The position numbers and the translations under genes were made by a program. From Candidatus Saccharimonadota bacterium (GTDB taxonomy: Bacteria; Patescibacteriota; Saccharimonadia; Saccharimonadales; UBA4665), in contig OY970350.1 of NCBI GenBank assembly GCA_963718045.1, forward strand, positions 570,001 to 602,000: a stretch of 32,000 nt of DNA. The letters run 5' to 3'. The notes beneath the pieces are model-generated. The model was not told where the DNA came from. It saw nothing but the letters and a program-made list of their open reading frames with translations, and did no database searches. Positions within the stretch are counted from its first letter, which is position 1. Each line of letters begins with the position of its first letter. Below, piece by piece: positions 25,410-32,000 of the stretch.

Positions 25410-26744
25410 CTATACGCTTAACATCTTATCTATTTTATCTTTAATGCTGCCGCTAGAGTCACTGTACTGGGAGGTATCCAGGCCAACTCTTAAAAGTCCC
25501 ATGGCGGTAATAAAGGTATGGTCACTGACTTTGCCCGTCTTATCTATTATACCGGCAACTTGGTTAGGTTTAATATGGTGAACTGACGGTTTCCTGGTAA
25601 AAGGCAGTGTCCTATACCAGTCGGATTGCTCGAGCTTATCCAAAAGCAGTTCTAGTGATGAGCCGCCGCCGCAAAGGAACATGCGGTGAGGCAGGTGATC
25701 AAGTTTATCGAACTCACCTAGGGCAAGTTCTATGCCGGATACCCACGTATCAGCTGTTTTTATTAAGGCGGATTCAATTTGGGGTCTCTTTTGGACCGGC
25801 AGATCGCCTTCAGACAGGCTGATCTTTAGTTCTTCAGCTTCATCAAACGTAATGCCTAGTTCTTTCTCAATACCGCGGGTATATGCCCGACCGCCAATAC
25901 CGAACATTTTAGTGCCCTGTACACCGCCGTCATTAACAACCGCTATATCGGTAGTACCGCCGCCGACGTCCATTAGGATGGCGCTCAGGTTTTGATTCGG
26001 ATCATTGCCAATAACTGCCCTGGCGACAGCAAATGGTTCAGCCGCAACTGCCAATAGATCTAGATCAAGTTCCTGGGCTGTCTTTTCCAGCGCGCCGATA
26101 TGTATGAGCGGAGCAAAGGCCGTATACAGCTGAACGACGACATCTCTTCCCTGAAATCCAATCGGGTTATTAACCGGGTAGCCGTCAATTTCAATGCTAA
26201 CCAGCGCCGAGTTAACCAGGCGGACATCAACGCTTTTACCGCCAAGCTCCCAGGCTAACTGCTGTTTGGCACTGTTTTCAGCCCTAGCTTGGACAAGGTT
26301 AACAATCTTTTCCATTTCCGGAATATCTATAGACTTGGTGGCATCCTTGCGGCTTACCTTGACGGTTGTTGTTGTGCCCTTGACTAGCTCGCCGGCTATA
26401 CCAATAATAGCCGTCCTGACACTGATGCCGGCTTCTTCTTCAGCTTCAGTAAGAGCTTTGTCGCAGTTCTCGACAACGGCCGCAATATCTGATATAGCAC
26501 CAGCCTGCATGTCAGTTAGTTTCTGGTGATAACGGCCAACACCAATTATCTCCATAACGCCCGGGTTGTCTTGAGACACTTTGCCAATTAGCGCTTTGAT
26601 GTATTCGGTACCAATATCTAGTCCTACTAGATACTTATTTGTATCCTTATTGGGTCTTTTAAGAACGCTGGAACTTACCTTATTGGCCCCTTTAAGAGCT
26701 TTTTTAGCTACGTTTGAAGTATTAGCTTTTATCTTACCGAGCAT
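25410..26744 (-). CDS. ftsA: Actin-like ATPase, FtsA-like cell division protein
   Basis: VGLDIGTEYIKALIG, MDVGGGTTDIAV and FLCGGGSSL. The protein is collinear with FtsA including the inserted subdomain. It has a basic ~37-aa N-terminal extension and a short C-terminal tail GSIKDKIDKMLSV. No ftsZ is adjacent. Confidence 0.75.
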   Translation of the reverse strand: MLGKIKANTSNVAKKALKGANKVSSSVLKRPNKDTNKYLVGLDIGTEYIKALIGKVSQDNPGVMEIIGVGRYHQKLTDMQAGAISDIAAVVENCDKALTEAEEEAGISVRTAIIGIAGELVKGTTTTVKVSRKDATKSIDIPEMEKIVNLVQARAENSAKQQLAWELGGKSVDVRLVNSALVSIEIDGYPVNNPIGFQGRDVVVQLYTAFAPLIHIGALEKTAQELDLDLLAVAAEPFAVARAVIGNDPNQNLSAILMDVGGGTTDIAVVNDGGVQGTKMFGIGGRAYTRGIEKELGITFDEAEELKISLSEGDLPVQKRPQIESALIKTADTWVSGIELALGEFDKLDHLPHRMFLCGGGSSLELLLDKLEQSDWYRTLPFTRKPSVHHIKPNQVAGIIDKTGKVSDHTFITAMGLLRVGLDTSQYSDSSGSIKDKIDKMLSV

Positions 26745-26807
26745 ATGTTTAATTTTAACATAGGAGGTAAGGGGTTTGCTGAAGGCTTTTGGTGGATAAA
26801 TAGCTCC

Positions 26808-28694
26808 TTAAGCTAGAACGGCTTTTATACGTCTAATACCGGCAGATGATGATTCTTCTTTGATGATCTTAAATTTCTTGCCGCCTTCGGCCAACTCACC
26901 GGTATGTTCGACATGGGGTCCGCCGCATATTTCAAGACTAAATGTTTCACTGGTTTTAGGGTTGGTCATCCTATATACCTTAACCGTGTCACCGTAGCGG
27001 TCACCAAAAGCTCCCATGGCATGCATTTCTTCAATTGCTTCGCGGGTGGGGTGTTCTTCGAAGGTGACGGTTAAATCATTAGCTATCTGGGTATTAACAA
27101 TGTCTTCCACTTCTTTGATTTGTTCCGGGGTCATTTTATCCGGATGGGAAAAGTCAAAACGGAGTCTTTCTTCAGTAATGTTACTGCCATGCTGGATTAC
27201 ATGGTCGCCTAATACTTGTCTTAAGGCCTTATACATCAGATGTGTGGCAGTATGGTACTTCTTATGGATATCTGATTGTCCGCTTAGACCGCCTTTAAAG
27301 GCTCCCTTAGCTACCGTCTGGCTGCGTTCCCTTTGTTCTTTTAGCAGCTTATTGAAATCTTGGCGCCAGTTTGGATCAAGTTCAATGTCTTCTTTAAATA
27401 CTTCTTCCAGGGATAGTTCAAGAGGGAAACCGTAGGTATCATAAAGTCTGAACAGATCCCCGCCCTTAACTGGCGGGTTCTTAGATATCTTATTAAGCTC
27501 CCTTAAGCCCTTTTTGAGGGTTTGGCGGAAGATCTTTTCTTCTTTTACGAGCACAGAGATTACTTTGTCTTCGCTACCGGCAACTTCTGGATAATCTTCT
27601 TTGTATATTCCTATAACAACTCTCGCTACTTCTTCAATAAACTGCTGTTCTATGCCTAGGTCAAAACTGAACCTAAGAGCCCGTCTGATTAGGCGGCGCA
27701 TAACGTAGCCTTGTTCTTTATTGCTCGGCATGACACCGTCTACACTCAGGAAAACAGCTCCTTTAATGTGGTCGGCAATAACCCGCATGGCAACTTCTTG
27801 GGTATCGTATGATTTACCGCTTAATTCCTCGAGTTTGGTTATTATTGGCCAGAAAAGACTACCTTTATATATGTCCGGGCTATCTATGCTGGCTGCGGCT
27901 ATTCGCTCAAGACCGCCACCGTAGTCGACATTCTTTTTTGGCAAATGGGTAAAACCATTGTCTGTTTTTAAATATTCCATGAAGACTGAGTTACCTAGCT
28001 CAATAAAACGGCCGCAGTCACAGTTAGGATGGCAGTATTTACCATACTCTTCGTTATGTTTAACATTGGGGAATAAATAGAAAGCTTCAGTGTCTGGACC
28101 ACCTGGCTCACCTAGCGGCATATCTTTAGCATTGCCAGCCCGGCACCACCAGTTTTTATCACCGTAAAAAGCTATGCGGGCACCGTTATCTCCTTTTTCA
28201 TAGCCTTCTTCTTCAGTGCCAATATCTACCGTGTCATGACTGAGGTTTTTAGACTTAAATATTTCCTGCCAGATTTCAGAGCTTTCGGTATCTTTGGGTA
28301 TGTTGTTATCCGGATCACCGATAAAACAGCTTGCATATATTCTAGCTGGATCCAGACCAACAATATCTGTTAGAAAGTCAAAGAACCAGCCAATTTGTTC
28401 CTTTTTAAAGTAGTCTCCTAAACTCCAGTTGCCGAGCATTTCAAAGAAAGTAGTATGACGGTTATCGCCAACTTCATCGATGTCTTGGGCTCTTAGACAG
28501 GTCTGGCTGTCAGTTAACCTGCTGCCTTCGGGATGCGGTTCACCAAGCAGGTAGGGAATTAAGGGCTGCATACCACTGCCGGTAAAAAGAGTAGTTGGGT
28601 CGTCCTGGGGAATAATTAAAGCTCTGGGGATTTGTTTATGCCCCTGCCGTGTAAAATATTCGAGGTAAGCTTTGCGTATTTCTTGAGTTGTCAT
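26808..28694 (-). CDS. alaS: Alanine--tRNA ligase, short form (628 aa) ending right after the editing domain
   Basis: NRHTTFFEMLGNWSLGDYFK in the class II core, plus editing-domain zinc motifs HTATHL and CGGPHV. The ORF stops 37 aa after CGGPHV. Confidence 0.95.
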   Translation of the reverse strand: MTTQEIRKAYLEYFTRQGHKQIPRALIIPQDDPTTLFTGSGMQPLIPYLLGEPHPEGSRLTDSQTCLRAQDIDEVGDNRHTTFFEMLGNWSLGDYFKKEQIGWFFDFLTDIVGLDPARIYASCFIGDPDNNIPKDTESSEIWQEIFKSKNLSHDTVDIGTEEEGYEKGDNGARIAFYGDKNWWCRAGNAKDMPLGEPGGPDTEAFYLFPNVKHNEEYGKYCHPNCDCGRFIELGNSVFMEYLKTDNGFTHLPKKNVDYGGGLERIAAASIDSPDIYKGSLFWPIITKLEELSGKSYDTQEVAMRVIADHIKGAVFLSVDGVMPSNKEQGYVMRRLIRRALRFSFDLGIEQQFIEEVARVVIGIYKEDYPEVAGSEDKVISVLVKEEKIFRQTLKKGLRELNKISKNPPVKGGDLFRLYDTYGFPLELSLEEVFKEDIELDPNWRQDFNKLLKEQRERSQTVAKGAFKGGLSGQSDIHKKYHTATHLMYKALRQVLGDHVIQHGSNITEERLRFDFSHPDKMTPEQIKEVEDIVNTQIANDLTVTFEEHPTREAIEEMHAMGAFGDRYGDTVKVYRMTNPKTSETFSLEICGGPHVEHTGELAEGGKKFKIIKEESSSAGIRRIKAVLA

Positions 28695-28718
28695 TTTATA
28701 TATTGTAGCTTATGTAAG

Positions 28719-29765
28719 CTAAATGATAATGCCGCCGCCAATTACTTTGTCTTTAGCATATATTACGGCTGACTGGCCGGGAGTTATAGCTCGGGCTGGT
28801 TCTTCTAGCGTAAGTCTGGTTGATTTACCTGATACTTTTATAGTTGCTTTGACTGGCTTAGAACGGTAGCGGGTGATAGCTTCAAGAGGGCTCTTGTCCA
28901 GATCAAAGTTTGGATAAGTCCAGTGAAATTCAGTTAGTTTAATGTCACTCTTCCAAAGGGTGTTGTCATTAAGGATGGTGGTAACAAATACTTGGTTTTT
29001 GGCCATGTTTTTACCAGTTACGTAGTAGGGAAGACCGCCGCCAACATTAAGGCCGTGTCTTTGGCCGATGGTATAGAATATTGCCCCCTCGTGTTGTCCT
29101 ATTACCCTGCCCTGTTCGTCAATAATATCGCCGGGAGACTGTGGGCCTAATTCATTGACTAAGAATTCCTTTATACCGACTTTGCCAATGAAACAAATCC
29201 CTTGGCTGTCTTTTTTATTGGCTGTCGGCAGGTTTCGTTTCTTAGCTTCTTTCCTAACGTCCTTTTTAAGCATATGGCCTATTGGCATTAAAACTTTATT
29301 TAATGATTCCCGCGGCATCCGATAAAGAAAGTAGGTTTGGTCTTTGGATTCATCTACGGCTTTTAGAAGATGCCCCTTTATTACCCTGGCATAATGGCCG
29401 GTGGCAATTAGATCTGCTCCGTCGCTTAAGGCCGTGTCGAGAAACAATTTAAACTTAATTTCCTGGTTACAGATGATGTCTGGGTTTGGTGTAATGCCCT
29501 TTTTATATCCTTCAATTAAATAATTAACTACCTTCCTTCGGTACTGCTTTTCAAAGTCATAAACCTTGAAGGGAATGCCGAGTATTACAGCTACCCTTTT
29601 AGCATCTTCGTAGTCTTCTTTCCAGGGACAAACAAAGCCCGGGATATCTAAAGTCCAGTTTTTCATGTAGACACCCGTGACGTTATAGCCTCGCTCTTTG
29701 AGTAAAGCGGCTGTAAGCGAGCTATCTACACCGCCGGACATGCCGACGTAAACTCTTTTTGCCAT
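28719..29765 (-). CDS. mnmA: tRNA-specific 2-thiouridylase MnmA
   Basis: PP-loop VGMSGGVDSS, CPWKEDYEDA, GICFIG, and the overall length. Confidence 0.96.
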   Translation of the reverse strand: MAKRVYVGMSGGVDSSLTAALLKERGYNVTGVYMKNWTLDIPGFVCPWKEDYEDAKRVAVILGIPFKVYDFEKQYRRKVVNYLIEGYKKGITPNPDIICNQEIKFKLFLDTALSDGADLIATGHYARVIKGHLLKAVDESKDQTYFLYRMPRESLNKVLMPIGHMLKKDVRKEAKKRNLPTANKKDSQGICFIGKVGIKEFLVNELGPQSPGDIIDEQGRVIGQHEGAIFYTIGQRHGLNVGGGLPYYVTGKNMAKNQVFVTTILNDNTLWKSDIKLTEFHWTYPNFDLDKSPLEAITRYRSKPVKATIKVSGKSTRLTLEEPARAITPGQSAVIYAKDKVIGGGIII

Positions 29766-29821
29766 CCATTAATCTTAATGTAAATACACCTATAGTTAAA
29801 GTGTTACGACCAAAGACCTTA

Positions 29822-29830
29822 TGCTATAAT
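29822..29830 (+). promoter_or_regulatory. Extended -10 element TGcTATAAT, 7 nt upstream of the first pilin-like gene
   Basis: The plus strand reads TTACGA-15 nt-TGCTATAAT-ttaaggc-ATG(29838). There is no SD. Confidence 0.45.
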
Positions 29831-29837
29831 TTAAGGC

Positions 29838-30722
29838 ATGAGCGCTAGGTCAATGACCGGAGCTGGTTTTACTATTGTTGAAACGATGATATTTCTGGCT
29901 ATATCTGCCATGATGTTTGTTTTAGCCATTAGTACTATGAGCGGTAAGCAACAGCAAACAGAATTCCAGACTGGAGTAAACACATTAAGAGCTGAGCTTA
30001 ATCAAGACTTATCAAATGTCGGGAGTGGCAACTATCCTTCTTTAAATGGCATTAATTGCACCGCCAACGAAAATGGCGGGCAACCTAGTGGCTGCAGTAC
30101 TTCTACCCCAATAAATGACACCAGCACAGTTATTGGTGAGGTACTGGCTTTTAATTCCGGTTCTTATACTATCTTGCCGGTAGTTGGCCGGAATTATGTG
30201 GCAAATACTAAAGATACCCAAGATGCTACGACCTTTAGCCAAGCTGAACCATGGATAATCTCCAGCACAGCGCAAAGCATAACTATGCCATTTGGTCTTA
30301 GGGTCGTTAGCGATCCCTCCGTCACCTCCACCGTTACTTCCCCCACCATCTCACCACCGCCAGGCCTCGGCGCTATTGGGATTTTTAGTTTTACCAGTTT
30401 TGAAGGCAATAACTTGGCTAATTCTGGAGAAGCGTTAAGTTCCGGCTCAGAGCACGTTGAAATATTTGCCATCCCTGGTTCAGCGCTTGGTACTAGCCCC
30501 ATAGCACTAGTGAATACGCCGCTAACGAATTGTTCTGGCAATTCGGACGATGTTTGCATTAGCACCGCTCAAGCTCAAATGATAAATCCCAGTAACGGTA
30601 TAACTTTATGCCTCAATAGCGGGTCTGATACTCAATCGGTCTTTTTTACAATTGGTGGTGGCAGCAACAGCGCCACAAGTGTCAGTGATACTATATATAG
30701 TACTTTGGGGTGTCAGTCATGA
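29838..30722 (+). CDS. Type IV pilin-like protein (prepilin N-terminal cleavage/methylation domain), large, FimU/GspH-position
   Basis: MSARSMTGAG|FTIVETMIFLAISAMMFVLAI has Gly at -1, Phe at +1 and Glu at +5. Cys pairs are present (CTANENGGQPSGC, NCSGNSDDVC, LC...GCQS). An alternative start is the Met at 29853. Confidence 0.85.
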   Translation: MSARSMTGAGFTIVETMIFLAISAMMFVLAISTMSGKQQQTEFQTGVNTLRAELNQDLSNVGSGNYPSLNGINCTANENGGQPSGCSTSTPINDTSTVIGEVLAFNSGSYTILPVVGRNYVANTKDTQDATTFSQAEPWIISSTAQSITMPFGLRVVSDPSVTSTVTSPTISPPPGLGAIGIFSFTSFEGNNLANSGEALSSGSEHVEIFAIPGSALGTSPIALVNTPLTNCSGNSDDVCISTAQAQMINPSNGITLCLNSGSDTQSVFFTIGGGSNSATSVSDTIYSTLGCQS

Positions 30723-31216
30723 TGAAACTTTGGCATAAACAAAACGGCGATACCATTATTGAGGTGATGATTTCATTAGCAATTCTGATGCTTGTCCTTG
30801 GCGGGGCATATTATACGGCCAGCCAGTCATACCGCAATGACCGTGATTCCCAGGAGCATACTGAAGCTTTAACGATTGCCCAGTCCCAACTTGAAGAGCT
30901 AAGGGTTATTGGTTCAATTGCTGCTAACGAGCAATGTATTGGCACTAACCTGACACCTTCAAATGCCTGTGATGTTAATAGTTCTGACACCACGCTTATC
31001 GGCAACGGCAGTCAGTGCACCCCCTATTGTTACACAGTTAAAATTAGTAAGGTGACGTCTACATCAATCACTTATAGCGTTCCTCAACCGCCACCTCCAT
31101 CGGCAGCACCACCAGTTGATCTGAACACCTACGATATTAATGTTACTTGGACAGCTATCGGTGGTACCGGAAAAGATAGCGTCAGTCTATATTACAGAAT
31201 GGATTCGATAAGCTGA
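30719..31216 (+). CDS. Type IV minor pilin-like protein (PilV/GspI-like)
   Basis: MMKLWHKQNG|DTIIEVMISLAILMLVLGG has Glu at +5, followed by EALTIAQSQLEELR. The ATG at 30719 overlaps the upstream TGA (ATGA), with GGGG 8 nt upstream. The track start at 30710 is a GTG alternative. Confidence 0.8.
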   Translation: MMKLWHKQNGDTIIEVMISLAILMLVLGGAYYTASQSYRNDRDSQEHTEALTIAQSQLEELRVIGSIAANEQCIGTNLTPSNACDVNSSDTTLIGNGSQCTPYCYTVKISKVTSTSITYSVPQPPPPSAAPPVDLNTYDINVTWTAIGGTGKDSVSLYYRMDSIS

Positions 31217-31920
31217 TGCGGGCATCCCAAGACGGCTTTACAATTGTTGAGCTGATGATCGCTACAGCGATATTTGCAATCATGCTAGTTTTAACTACAA
31301 CCACTATAATTGGCATCACTCAAACGTATACCAAGGGGTCGGTAGAAGGCCAAACCCAACAAACTGCCAGAGCAGTCTTAAGCGACATTAGCCAGGCTAT
31401 CGAGTTTAACGACAGTAACGATATTACGGTCACCACCAATTCCTCAGGCGATGTTTATTACTTCTGTGCCGGCAGTGATGTTTATGTTTACCAGTTAGAC
31501 AAATACTTGTCGCCAACTTTGACTGGCAGTGAATACTCCACATGGACCCTGGTTAGATTCCCGTATAGCTCCTGTACGGTCCCGCTCAACTCGCTGAATC
31601 AGCCCGACCCGCTAGGTCAGGCTGGTGCCGAAGAACTGCTAACTACTAACGAACGGCTGGGCTGGCTATATATTGTCCCCTTTGCCATTAACGGTGAAAC
31701 CGCCTACACCATCAACCTTGAGATCGGCTACGGTGATAATTCGTTGCTTAACGACACGACCAGCACTAACGGGGGTTATGACGTCAACGCCTTACCGACA
31801 GCTCCGCCAGTTTCCGCCCATTATAAATACAGTTGTCAAAGCGGGCCGGATAGTAGTTTTTGTGCTACTTCAACTTTGACAACTACAGTAATTCCCCGTA
31901 TACCTGGTATAAGTGGTTAA
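31216..31920 (+). CDS. Type IV minor pilin-like protein (PilW/GspJ-like)
   Basis: MRASQDG|FTIVELMIATAIFAIMLVL. The start overlaps the upstream stop (TGATG). Confidence 0.8.
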   Translation: MRASQDGFTIVELMIATAIFAIMLVLTTTTIIGITQTYTKGSVEGQTQQTARAVLSDISQAIEFNDSNDITVTTNSSGDVYYFCAGSDVYVYQLDKYLSPTLTGSEYSTWTLVRFPYSSCTVPLNSLNQPDPLGQAGAEELLTTNERLGWLYIVPFAINGETAYTINLEIGYGDNSLLNDTTSTNGGYDVNALPTAPPVSAHYKYSCQSGPDSSFCATSTLTTTVIPRIPGISG

Positions 31921-31924
31921 GCCG

Positions 31925-32000
31925 ATGTTTAATAAATATTTACACCTAGTAGTTAAATCAGAAAAAGGCTATGCTTCATTTGTTATAACCCTGGTAACTA
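31925..32000 (+). CDS. PilX-like minor pilin, N-terminal fragment (runs off the right edge)
   Basis: Hand translation gives MFNKYLHLVVKSEKGYASFVITLVT..., which resembles the PilX_N pattern ([QE][RK]G-x-A-hydrophobic helix). It starts 4 nt after the upstream stop. Confidence 0.5.
   Translation, partial: MFNKYLHLVVKSEKGYASFVITLVT

Noticed and set aside
25410-26744. Reading the actin-like ATPase as PilM (type IV pilus assembly) rather than FtsA
   Set aside because: The downstream protein lacks the short conserved PilN-type N-terminus and the PilN/PilO size and architecture. The pilin operon is 3 kb away on the other strand. The protein aligns collinearly with FtsA by eye, including the inserted subdomain. 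This remains unproven without a profile search.
4586-27924. Many other 60-139-aa shadow ORFs antisense to, or out of frame within, confident genes (for example 4586..4816, 6430..6696, 7569..7817, 8437..8619, 8977..9291, 9439..9939, 11372..11557, 11752..12321, 12454..12642, 16899..18035, 18163..19101, 19422..20320, 21445..21946, 22083..22346, 23469..24150, 24862..26763, 27016..27924)
   Set aside because: Each is fully embedded in a longer ORF with clear family motifs or a coherent membrane topology. The translations are low-complexity S/L/A/R-rich sequences typical of the antisense frame. I treat them as non-coding.
30042-31879. Minus-strand ORFs 30042..30275, 30194..30565 and 30811..31005, and the plus-strand off-frame ORF 31673..31879, within the pilin-like genes
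   Set aside because: The overlapping plus-strand frames carry unmistakable prepilin N-termini and tight translational coupling. The alternative ORFs have no start context or recognisable features.
1-32000. Alternative genetic code (TGA as Gly, as in Gracilibacteria/SR1), CRISPR arrays, transposases, integrases, prophage genes, and known defence or toxin-antitoxin modules
   Set aside because: Conserved proteins are full length under code 11, and TGA terminates well-defined genes such as the first pilin-like gene and the DUF360 gene. I saw no direct-repeat/spacer periodicity, no recombinase motifs and no recognisable defence-gene signatures.

Overview
This 32-kb window is tightly packed and mostly minus-strand. 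It uses the standard genetic code: conserved genes are full length and TGA serves as a stop. I call about 32 protein genes (two cut by the window edges) and one tRNA-Leu(CAG).

Gene content fits a small-genome CPR/Patescibacteria bacterium, possibly Saccharibacteria-like. The clues are compact UvrC and AlaRS, a membrane-anchored orphan substrate-binding protein, a LysM-CHAP hydrolase, several bitopic S/T/N-rich surface proteins and a type IV minor-pilin operon. This taxonomic placement is inference only.

Most genes are housekeeping: uvrA, uvrC, sbcB, obg, alaS, mnmA, rplY, secG, lepB, ruvX, mltG, an ftsA-like gene and an Xaa-Pro aminopeptidase. The left ~4 kb is a more accessory-looking block holding a nucleotidyltransferase (NTase)/nucleoside 2-deoxyribosyltransferase (NDT)-like fusion, an aldo/keto reductase (AKR), a short-chain dehydrogenase (SDR) and a Nudix hydrolase.

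I found no CRISPR array, transposase, integrase, rRNA or recognisable defence system, and I cannot point to a clear-cut novel system. The items most worth a second look are:
- an ftsA-like gene coupled to a 577-aa bitopic protein, wedged between alaS and ruvX-mltG;
- the NTase/NDT-like fusion protein;
- a recurrent TGnTAnnAT extended -10 motif placed 6-9 nt from start codons, implying leaderless or near-leaderless mRNAs;
- a small hydrophobic ORF with a near-consensus promoter reading antisense into sbcB;
- inverted repeats plus a mini-ORF upstream of a DHA2 MFS exporter;
- an AlaRS lacking the C-Ala domain;
- a FimU/PilV/PilW/PilX-ordered minor-pilin operon.

All functional calls come from motifs read by eye; no database search was run.
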